A stretch of 63,899 bases of DNA, the filler included, from Chiloscyllium plagiosum (taxonomy: Eukaryota): NCBI RefSeq assembly GCF_004010195.1. It is 5 parts of one record of this genome, joined end to end, with 100 filler letters (N's around TTAATTAATTAA, not from the genome) between each part and the next. Parts side by side here need not be neighbours in the genome. Positions count along the whole stretch, not along the records: positions 1 to 21,373 come from NC_057712.1; 4 more parts are not named here. One strand, 5' to 3'. Positions 1 through 10,360 of the stretch are shown here, in pieces; the first letter of the stretch is position 1, and each line of letters begins with the position of its first letter. Position numbers and translations under genes: made by a program. Under the pieces are notes generated by a model. It was not told where the DNA came from, did no database searches, and saw only the letters and a list, made by a program, of their open reading frames with translations.

Positions 1-945
1 AAAGGCAGATCCCCCTCGAACTGCCTTTTTGCAGCCATTATACCATTTCTAATTAGCAACACCACACCCCCTCTAGCAACGCCACCCCCCCTAATCTTAC
101 TGAAACATCTGTAACCAGGAACCTCCAACAACCATTCCTGTCCCTCTTCTATCCACGTTTCCATGATGGCCACAACATCGTAGTCCCAAGTACCAATCCA
201 CGCCTTAAGTTCACCCACCTTATTTCTGATACTCCTTACATTGAAGTATACACACTTGAGCCCATCTCTGTGTCCACAAGTATTCCCTGTCAGTGCTACC
301 TTCTCCACAGCCTCCCTACATTCTTGGACATCCTGAAGAACAGCTAACCTACTTGCTGGACTACAAGTCCGGATCCCATCCCCCTGCCAAATTAGTTTAA
401 ATCACCCCCCCGGGAGTGCTAGCAAACCTACCTCCCAGGATATTGGTGCCCTTCTGGTTCAGGTGCAACCAGTCCTGCTTGTACAGGTCCCACCTTCCCT
501 AGAATGTAGTCTAATTGTCCAAATACCCTCCCTCCTACACCATCCTTGCAGCCACGTGTTCAACTGCACTCTCTCCCTATTTCTTGCCTCACTGTCACAT
601 GGCACCGGCAACAACCCAGAGATGACGACTCTGTCCATCCTAGCTTTTAGCTTCCAGCCTAACTCCCTGAGCTCCTGAATGACCTCCCCACCCCTCTTCC
701 TACCTATGTCATTGGTGCCAATGTGCACCACAACTTCTGGCTGCACACCCTCCCCCTTAAGGATTCTGAAGATACGGTCCGAGACGTCTCGGACCCTGGC
801 ACCCGGGAGGCAACAAACCATCCGAGAGTCTCGCCCATGTCCACAGAACCGCCTGTCTGTCCCTCTAACTATAGAGTCTCCTATAACCAGCACTCTCCAC
901 CTCTCCCCCTTTCCCTTCTGGGCCTCAGGGCCAGACCTCGTGCCA
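1..945 (-). mobile_element. CR1-clade LINE fragment: ORF1 SGNH/GDSL esterase domain plus start of ORF2 AP endonuclease
   Basis: ORF 459-893 has LVIGDSIVR, CLPGA and VVVHIGTND (the CR1 ORF1 esterase motifs). Positions ~1-260 read CVYFNVRSIRNKVGEL..W...WDYDVVAIMETW (APE N-terminus). Confidence 0.85.
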
Positions 946-954
946 GAGGTTCTT

Positions 955-2340
955 TTTTCTTCTTAACCAAACCCTCAATTTCTTTAGTCATCCAGCATTA
1001 CCTATACCTACCAGCCTTTCCTTTCATCCTAACAGGAATTTACTGTCTCTAGACTCTCATTATCTCATTTCTGAAGGCTTCCTTTTTTCCAGCCATCCCT
1101 TTACCTGCAGACATCTGCCCCAATCAGCTTTTGAAAGTTCTTGCCTAATACCATCAAAATTGGCCTTTCTCCAATTTAGAATTTCAACCTTTAGATCTGG
1201 ACTATCCTTTTCTATCACTATTTTAAAACTAATAGCATTATGGTCGCAAGCCCCAAAGTGCTCCCCCATTTACACCTCAGTCACCTGCCCTGCCTTAATT
1301 CCCAAGAGTAGGTCAAGTTTTGCACCCTCTCTGGTCAGTACATCCATATACTGAATCAGAAAATTTTCAAATTCCTCTCCATCTAAACCATTAACACTAT
1401 TGCAGTCCCAGTCTACGTTGGGAAAGTTAAAGTCCCCCACCTATTACTCTTACTGATAGCTGAGATCTCCTTACAAGTTTGTTTCTCAATTTCCCTCTTT
1501 ATTGGGGGGGGTCTACAATACAATCCCAATAAGGTGATCATCCCTTTCTTATTTCTCAGTTCCACCCAAATATCTTCCCTGGATGTATTTCTGGGATTAT
1601 GTTCCCTCAGTATAGCTGTAATGCTATTCTTTATCAAAAACACCACCCCCCTCCTGTCTTGCCCCCCTTTCTGTCCTTCCTATAAGATTTGTATCCTGGA
1701 AGATTAAGTTGCCAGTGCTGTCCATCCCTGAGCAATGTTTCTGTAATTGCGATGATATCCCAGTCCCATGTTCCTAACCATTCCCTGAGTTCATCTACCT
1801 TCCCTGTTAGGCCTCTTGCATTGAAATAAATGCAGTTTAATTTATCAGTCTTACCTTGTTCTCTGCTTTGTCCCTGCCTGCCCTGACTGTTTGACTCTCC
1901 TTTGTTCTCAACTGTACCAGTCTCAGATTGAGCTCTTTGCTCCCCACCTCCTGGGTCCCCCTAAAATCCAGCAAGAAGAGCATATCACTCTGCTAAGAGC
2001 CATTTTTGCTTCTTTCAAATCTACAGACCCAGAAAAGAGCACTGTCTTATTCCTCGACAAAACACTGCTCCAGTTAAATTAATATATGTGGCTTATATTT
2101 TAAGTGTAATTAAGAGACATAGCTCAATAAAACATATAATCAAGAAAGAACCCACTCTACTCACTACTGCAGACTTATTTTAAGGCTACGCTTAAAACAT
2201 CTGTCTATTTCTGTGCTGTGACCTCTCCCAACAGGTTCCTTCAAGATCAGTTGTGAATTTCACTGTTTTTTTCATTTCCCCAGATACACTCCAATGTCCA
2301 GTGATACATGAATTCAACAGCAAAGGCAGTAACTGCTAAC
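955..2340 (-). mobile_element. CR1-clade LINE 5' portion: 5'UTR, ORF1 stub and degenerate ORF2 endonuclease
   Basis: Fragments IWVELRNKKGMITLLGLYCRPP and GEHFGACDHNAISF..LNWRKANFD. A putative ORF1 start MALSRVICSSCW lies at 2003. Confidence 0.75.
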
Positions 2341-2379
2341 TCTGTCAGTTAGCAATGTAGATTTCTTATTTGGTTCTGG

Positions 2380-3095
2380 TTTGGATGTTGTTAAGCAATT
2401 TAACTGTTCCAAACCAGCTGGAGGTGAATGTTCCAGGGTGTGGACTCTCTTGAATGCTGGTCTATGAGTTCTCTTATTCAATTCAGGCCTAGCAGGACTC
2501 TTTGCTATCTTCAGTCAGAATGCCAGCTGCAACTACAATGCCTGTTAGCCCAGATCATAGGGAAACTTTTAACCGCTTGGCATTTTTGCTATGGGCTGAC
2601 AGAGTGCCTCTGTTCAGGATATGTCCTAAATGACACTAAGCAATTGCCTTTACTCAAGTGGAGGCGGCATGGTGGCTCAGTGGTTAGCACTGCTGCCTTA
2701 CAGCGCCAAGGACCTGGGTTTAATTCAGCTTGGGCAACTGTCTGGTGTTTGCATGGGTTTCCTCCAGAGGTGCTCTGGTTTCCTCCAACAGTTCACAGAT
2801 GTAAAGATTGGGTGGATTCGCCATGCTAAATTGCCCATAGTGTCCAGGTTAGGTTGATCAGCCAATGTGGACTTGTTGTGCTGAATGGCCTGTTTCCACT
2901 CTATAAAGGATTCTATTAAAATGATGTTCCCCAAGCTCATCCTCCCTGGCAAGGATGCTGACTTCTGTCAGAGTACCCAGTAACTCAAACTCCACCTTCT
3001 GCATTTTTTAATGACAAAACCAGTTATGGTGCTTGTTTGAAGTCCAGTTGGCTTCAGCTAATAGGGGTTTTTGCATGGTTATATAATTAATCCCA
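2380..3095 (-). mobile_element. Decayed internal segment of a Gypsy-like LTR element (paralog of 29315-29730)
   Basis: Colinear similarity with 29315-29730 (taagcaatttaactg, ttccagggtgtg, actcaagtg, gtttgaagtccagttgg). Interrupted by the SINE at 2663-2917. Confidence 0.6.
2663..2917 (+). mobile_element. HE1-type V-SINE (tRNA-derived)
   Basis: Box A-like TGGCTCAGTGGTTAGCAC, decayed box B, V-core gggtttcctcc..gtgctc.ggtttcctcc, and a LINE-like tail ggcctgtttccac. Confidence 0.85.
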
Positions 3096-3904
3096 CATAC
3101 CAAATATTTTCTCAGCATTTCACTTGGGGTTAAACCAAAATCACATGCCTCTGCCAGTCATCTTAACCTCATCAGATATCCTGATGCAGTTTCATTTGGT
3201 TCTCGAACTGCCGAGCAAAACTGATAGCATCTCAGAATTAGAGGCGGTTTAAGGTTGTAATATTCCCTCGCTAAGAGTTGACAGACTTAGAGTTACAGAG
3301 TGCCAACCAGATATCCTAAACTAATCTGCTGCTGTTCTCATCATTTATGCTGTTGCTCTCACTCTGTTGCCCAGTATTGTGCTCAAACTACTGAAGTTAA
3401 CATTTCACATTTCTCTACAATAAATTTAGTCTGCCACGCTTCAGCTTATTTCTGTTTATGCCCTGATTTTATTCCTATTTGCATTGTTTCCAACATTTAC
3501 AAGTTTTACAACTCTCAAATTTTGAAATTGTCTCCTGTGCCTATCCAGGTCATTGGTATATCCAAAAGTAAACTCCTCAGTTCACTTCCAAGCAAAAGGG
3601 ACTTTACCAAAAAAGGAAATTAAACACATAGAAAAAACATACATTTAAATCATACAACCGTTGGCTAACAATTGGCCTTGGGATGGTGCTCCAATAGCCT
3701 TTTTCATTCTCCATTTATTCTACGACAAAGCCAAGTCATTAGCCTAATAACCAGAGTTCACTGTTGAGACAGCCTTTACTCTTCGTGTGTTTGGCACAAC
3801 TGAACATCAAATAGATTATAAATCCAGGCAGACTTTGGACCGAGTGATGAGAATTAATTAATTATAACACATTGGTGTAATTCTGCAACATCTCTCAGTT
3901 AGCG

Positions 3905-4240
3905 TCATAGAGACGTACAGCATGGAAACAGACTCTTCAGTCCAAATCGTACATACCGACCTGATATCCTACATTAATCTAGTCCTGTCATCATTTGGCC
4001 CATATCCCTCTAAACCTTTCCCATTCATACACCCATCAGATGCCTTTTAAATGCTTTAACTAAACCAGCTCTTTTGACAGCTCATTCCAGGTTCTGCACC
4101 ACCCTTTGCATGAAAATGTTGACCCTTAGGTCCCCTTTACATCTTTCCCCTCTCACCTTAAACCTGTGCTCTCTAGCTTGGACTCCCCTACCCTAGAGAA
4201 AAAGATCTTGACGATTCACCCTATCCATGCCCTTCCTGAC
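3905..4240 (-). mobile_element. HER1/CR1 LINE 3' end fragment
   Basis: Same 3' terminal sequence as other copies (gtcatagaga..tacagcatggaaacagac on the + strand). Confidence 0.8.
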
Positions 4241-5026
4241 TTATAGTGACAAATGTTTCTATTAGATTGGACTAGTTTCCTTTCATATAATAACTCACAG
4301 ATAACTAACAATATCTAGTGAGAAAGTGGAATATAGGGACACCATATCGGGATAACCAAGAGCTAAGAACTTCTAATGCCAATTGACAAACCCACTTCAA
4401 TTCTGATCAGTAACCACATTTTTCACTTGCTATACAGAACGTTACAGCGCAGTACACACCCTTCGGCTCTTGATGTTGCGCCAACCTGTGAAACCAATCT
4501 GAAGCCCATCTAACCTACACTATTCCATTATCATCCATATGTTCATCTAACGACCATTTAAATGCCCTCAAAGTTGGCAAGTCTACTACTGTTGCAGGCA
4601 GAGTGTTCCACACCCCTACTACTTGGAGTAAAGAACCTATCTCTGACATCTGTCCTATATCTATCAATTCTCTCAATTAAAACCAGATCCCCTTGTGCTA
4701 GCCATCACCAACCAAGGAAAAAGGCTCTCACTGTCCACCCTATCTAACCCTCTTGATCATTTTGTATGTCTCCATTAAGTCACCTCTTAACCTTTTACTC
4801 TCTAACGAAAAACAGCCTCAAGTCCCTCAGCCTTCCCTCCACACCAGACAACATCCAGGTAAATCTCCTCTGGACCCTTGCCAAAGCGTCCACATCCTTC
4901 CCATAATGTGGTGACCAGAACTGTAAGTAATACCCCAAGTGCCGCCACGAAAGAGTTTTGTACAGCTGCAACATGACCTCACGGCTTTGAAACTCAATCC
5001 CTTTACCAATAAAATCGAACACACCG

Positions 5027-6108
5027 AAGCATCATACTGCAGCACAGACAAACTTCAGAAACAGAGGAGAACCACCTATACAACGTATTCATGAAGAACG
5101 GATACTCAAAAAATACAGACCGCAGATTCCTCAAGAACAAACCACGACATGCAGACCAAACACAGCCAGAAACCCTAACCACCTTACCATACATCAAAGT
5201 AGTTTCAGAAATGACAGCCAGACTACTAAGATCCCTCGGAATCCTCGTAGCACACAAACCCACCAACGCTCTCAACAAAAACTAATAAACTTAAAAGACC
5301 CAGTACATCCCATGGACAAAACCAACATCATCTACAAAATTCCATGCAAGGACTGCCACAAACACTACGTAGGACAAACAGGAAGAAAGTTAGCCACCAG
5401 GATACATGAACACCAGCTAGCCACAAAAAGACACGACCCTCTCTCCCTCGGAGCCCTACACACGGAGGAAAAAAACCACGATTTCGACTGGGACAACACA
5501 TCTATCCTGGGACAGGCTAAGCAAAGACATGCCAGAGAATTCCTAGAGGCCTGGCACTCCAACCACAACGCCATAAACAAACACATAGATCTGTTGTGGT
5601 TCTGTTCGCCGAGCTGGAAGTTTTTGTTGCAAACGTTATTCATGTTGCTTGTTGTCTGCGTGTGTGGCTACTAAGGATAGCTGTTCGTGTCGTTTCGTGG
5701 CTAGTTGATGTTCATGTATGCGGATTGTTAGCTGTCTTCCTGTTTGTTCTATATAGTGTTTAGTGCAGTCCTTGCATGGTATTTTGTACACTACATTCGT
5801 CTTGCTCATGCTGGGTCTCGGGTCCTTCGTTCTGGTGAGTTGTTGTCTGAGCATGGCTGTTGGTTTGTGTGCCGTTATGAGTCCTAGGGGTCGCATAGAT
5901 CAAGATACTATCTATCAACCCCTCAGAAAACGAACAGGAAATGACATCACCACAAACCCCAGGAACCCCATCCAGGACAAACATAAAATAGAAAGCAGGA
6001 GACAACAGCTTCGCTTCACTTGGAGGTCGCCACTGATGATGTTACCTCGCCAAATAATGAAAGGTCTGGATATCAAACCTACAGCTCAGCGAGCAAACCT
6101 ACACCCCA
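5027..6108 (+). mobile_element. Penelope-like element 3' part (GIY-YIG endonuclease plus terminal repeat), family C
   Basis: KNGY...TTLPYIKVVSEMTARLLRSLGILVAHKP and NIIYKIPCKDCHKHYVGQTGRKLATRIHEH...AREFLEAWHS are PLE RT-thumb and GIY-YIG motifs. Hammerhead-like core at 6030-6069. Confidence 0.88.
5592..5893 (-). mobile_element. Second Penelope-like fragment inserted antisense into the first, with an 8-bp TSD
   Basis: NVVYKIPCKDCTKHYIEQTGRQLTIRIHEH on the minus strand. Flanked by CATAGATC at 5584-5591 and 5894-5901. Confidence 0.85.
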
Positions 6109-9100
6109 CTACCAAGAATCTTACCTTTGGCCCAGTACTCCATATCCATCTGACTCCTTCCAAAATGAATCACCTCACACTTTTCTGCATTAAATTCCAT
6201 TTGCTCCCTCTCAGCTCAGCTCTGCAGCTTATCTATGTTGCTCTTCAACCTGCAACATCCTTCCATGCTGCCCATAACTCCACCAACTTTTGTGTCATCT
6301 GCAAATTTACTAACCCATCTTTCTACGCCCCCATCCAGTATTCATCAGTTTCAAAATTCCATGATAAAAAGAGAGGGGGTGAATATGTGTGTGGGTTCTC
6401 CCACTGTCACCTCGGTAATGGTGTTCCAAAAACTCTAGAAAACAGCACAAAATTGTTCACACTGTTTCTGGTGTTTCTGTGCTCTTCTGCCAAAGTTACA
6501 GCTGGCGAGTAGGCGGGCTCTCATGGAACTTCACCTGTGTTATTAATGATTGGAAACTTAACAGAATTCTGATCAGTTTCTATTGTGGTCACCTTTCGTA
6601 GGCAAACACTAGCAAGAGTTTTGTGCAACAAACAGCAAATAAACAGCTTCTGCAACTTAGTCTGCCAATATTAAAACTTGACCCTCCATCTCCTTTTGGA
6701 TTGTGTCTGTATTTGAACTCTTCAGCAACTAATATTGCAGTATACTTTTTGCTTGTATCTGTAAATTTGGCTGAGACTAAAGAACTGAAGGAAGAAATTA
6801 AAATATGTTATACTTCTCAGATTTTAAGTTAAAAAGAAACATTTCATTCAAATTAGTCATAATTTGCTGTTCAATATGTTCATTCTAACAGAATGCTGTA
6901 AAATTGGGCTTGGAAAATAAATTTAATATAACCTACAAAATTCACGGAAATTAATAAGCCTGTTGCATTTCATTGTAGGACATGCCAATTGTTATAACAT
7001 GAAGATAGACCGCCAAATCGAATTAGCTTCCCTATTCCTGCATTCCAACACTGTAAAATTAAAACAAAAGACCTTCAAAATTGACCCCAATGATGCCTTA
7101 CCAGATCTTCTGAGTCACCAGTCCAAGAATGTAATTAACCAATACCAGACACCAGGCTTAAACAAAAGAATTACCAAGCTATTATTAAAATAGTAGCTTT
7201 AGTTGAACAAGATAAACAAGGTTATCTAATTCAGGTCTATGATTTTAAACCCAATATTGTTTGACTTCAGCCCCTACTCTCACTATGACAGCCAGACAAA
7301 CAGAATTAAGGGATAAATTTAAAGAAAAATGAGAGAGTTTACTTAAGCAGCTTTCATGATGTGAAGAATGATCAGCACACAGAGTTGTATCTTCCTTGGT
7401 TTCTGGTGATACTGGTCAACGAAGATAGCTTCCAGTAGGCTCCAAAGAAAATGCACTTAATTGTGAGATTCTATTTACCAAATTTTCAATAAAGGGAGAA
7501 CAATCAGTGATTGAACTTCCATTCCATAACTCTGGCAGCCACTATCCTTCTAACAAAACTCCCCATGCAGGAATTGGACAGACACCCTGAGAGAGAATTC
7601 TCAGCCAAAAAAAAGCACAAGGCTGAAAGCCATTCAGAAAACAACCACAGTTCTCTTGAAAGATTGCAGGCAATCTGCAAGGGTCATAAGTACAGAAATA
7701 GTGAGGAAGAAGAAATGTTCTCTCTCTGCCCCAAAAGCCTACTCTACTAACTGAATCCATTGGTACAAGAAACCTCCAACTACATAATTTACATTACGAT
7801 AGAAGCCATAACACCAGAGAATGGACTTTAAGCTTTAAACCCCTTCACCACTAGCAAGGCACATTTTCAAGTATGTAATAGGCCTGCAAATGATAATACA
7901 CTGCTCCTATCATTTTTACAAAATTTGTGCCTACAATCTGTGTCTACTTTTTGTTTTTTAAAAAAAAAAACATTTTACAGAATTATTACTACAATTTTGA
8001 ATAATTTCAATCATCAATTGCCTTCTATAATGCCTAAGTGAAACTGCCTCCTCCATATTTCCAGTCAGTGAATTCCACTCTCAAAACCCATGATGTGAAG
8101 AAGATTTCCTTACCTCACATTTGCTTCTTTTGCAAAGTTATCTTATATCTGAGGCACTTTGTTTTTCATCTTTTTAGAAGAGCAACAGTTTCTCCCTATC
8201 TACTCTGCCCAGTGACATTCTACACTGAAAAATTCTAAAAAATCTCCCTCTAGCCTGGCCTCTAAGGAAAACAGTCCTAACTTCTCCAATCTATCCTCAT
8301 AGATATCTACTCTGCAAGCCATACAATCCATTGACTCTGTTCTGCAATTCAATGAGATCACGGCTGATCTGATCATTCACAACTCTACTGCTCTGCCTTT
8401 TCCTCACAACCCTCAAGAGTTATGGCCAGATATTTGATTGATAATTCTAAGATTTAAGTATTAGAACTCTCATCTTCCCTGTCCAGATCTACTTCGGGGC
8501 TCAGGAGGAAAATGAGCTGTGTCCCTGCCAAAAACTTAGTTTTCATAGAAGCCAGCTAGAGATCATGCTAGAGTTGGTGATTCAGCAAGATTTGGGGTAT
8601 GTTGGTTAGGAAGGGCATATTTTAAAGAGTTGAACTGATTTATTAGAAAAATTTAAAAAATTGTTTAAACTTGGATGTGAGAACTCTATAAGCCTGAAAA
8701 AAGAACACAGGCAGAGATAGATATGAACTACTTAGTACAAGGCTCATGAAAACCTGAATGTCAGTACATCAGGATGATATAATGGAGCTACATTTGATGG
8801 GGACTTTTTGCCACGGGGTATGAAGTTGTTTTCATACTTTGCGAACAAAATTCTTCAGATAACAAAGTAGGGAAAGTTCATAATGACAAAGGTATAGAAT
8901 AAACATGAACTTAGTAAATGAACAACAAGAAGCCAAGTCAGAAGCAAAGATAAAGTAATGATATTATAGGAAGCAACAAAAAGGTCTACATAAACTGTAA
9001 TTAAAAAAAATCCTAAAATTCCAAATCACTACAAGAAATAAAACATTAAAAATCCTGTTGGGTTACTGTTAAATAATTATGAGCAGAATTTTACAAGAAA

Positions 9101-9204
9101 AAAATGTTATTTTCTGTGGAAACAAAATCCTTAACAAATGTGACTCCATTCCTGACAAGGCCTTCCAAAACCTCACATTTCTCTTTACATTACAGATATA
9201 TATA

Positions 9205-10360
9205 TATAGCCCATTCCTGTTGCCCTTGGAAAGGTGATAGTAATATACCTTCCTGAATTGCTGTAGTCCATTTTGTGTAGGTCACTAAATATGCTATTTG
9301 GGAGTTTCACAATTGTGACCCAGCAACAGGAAAATAGAATGCTGAGTGGCTTTGATGAGTACTTGAATGCGGTGCCATCTAGGTGGCAGTTGTTGTAGGT
9401 TTTGAAGGTGTTATCTCTAAGAGCCTTGGTGAATACATTAGCGCATTTTGTAGATGATACACACTAACTATGCAGTGTTGGAGGGACTGAATGTTTATGG
9501 ATATACTGCCAATCTAGTGGGCTGCTTTGCTCTGAATGGCGTCAAGCATTGAGTGTTGTTGGAGCTGCACTTGTGGGTGGGTTGGGGTTAAATGTCATTG
9601 CATTCCTGAATTGTGCCTTGCAGATAGTGACAAAAAAAATTGCAGATGCTGGATTCCAAGGTAGACAAGCAGCAGGCTGGAAGAACACAGCAAGCCAGAC
9701 GGCATCAGAAGGTGGAGAAATCAACATTTCTGTTATAAACCTTCTTTAGGACTGGACCTGCATTCCTGAAGAAGGGTTATACCTGAAATGTTGACTTGCC
9801 CACCTCCTGTCGCTGCCTGGCTTGCTGTGGTTCTTCCAGCCTGCTGCTTGTCTACCTTGCAGATACTGACAGGATTTGGGAGTCAGGAGGCATGTTATTG
9901 CAAGATTGCCTATGAATGCTTAGATCTAGAGTACTTATATATCTAGTCCAGTCCAGTTTCTAGTCAAATTGTAACCCCCATGATGTTGACAGTGGAGGAT
10001 TCAGTGAGAGCAATGCCATCAATGGACAAAGGTTAGGTTTCCTCTTGGAGACAATCATTGTTTGGAACTTGTGTACCATAAAAATGGTCCTTTCAGCTCA
10101 AGCCTGGGTATAGTCCAGATCATCCTGCATTTGGAAATGGACCGCTTTAGTATCTGAGGAGTCACAAATGGTGCTGAACATTGTATAGCCATCAGCGAAC
10201 ATCTGAAAAGAAGGTGACTGATGAGGGAACTGAAGATGTTTGGGCCTAAGATAGTACCCTGGAGGAATTCCTGTAGAGATATCCACAAGCTGAAATAATT
10301 GGCCTCCAAAATCCATGACCATGTTCCTTTAGGCTATGAATGACTTCAACCACATGGACT
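9205..10360 (-). mobile_element. Decayed second LINE family (CR1/L2 group), 3' region
   Basis: Colinear with 56005-57751 and 31085-33250. LFADD-like remnant MFADGYTMFSTICDSSDT. Confidence 0.65.
9633..9859. mobile_element. Fold-back element made of two inverted PLE terminal repeats (family A), 17-bp TSD
   Basis: Arms ~9657-9751 and ~9764-9859 are near-reverse-complements. CCTTGCAGATA(G/C)TGACA at 9616-9632 and 9855-9871. Hammerhead-like CTGAAGA A GGGT TAT ACCT GAAA. Confidence 0.8.

Larger units (their letters stand above)
4435..6345 (-). mobile_element. CR1 LINE 3' region interrupted by a Penelope-like element
   Basis: RT C-terminal motif VMLQLYKTL...YYLQFWSPHYGKDVDALARVQRRFT at 4795-5022. 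CR1 sequence resumes at about 6110-6345. Confidence 0.75.

Noticed and set aside
5763..6512. 249-aa ORF
   Set aside because: A chimeric read-through across antisense PLE, PLE 3' end and antisense CR1 sequence.
7095..7900. Possible LTR-like or other repeat-derived segment
   Set aside because: No termini, PBS, TSD or second copy could be identified by eye.
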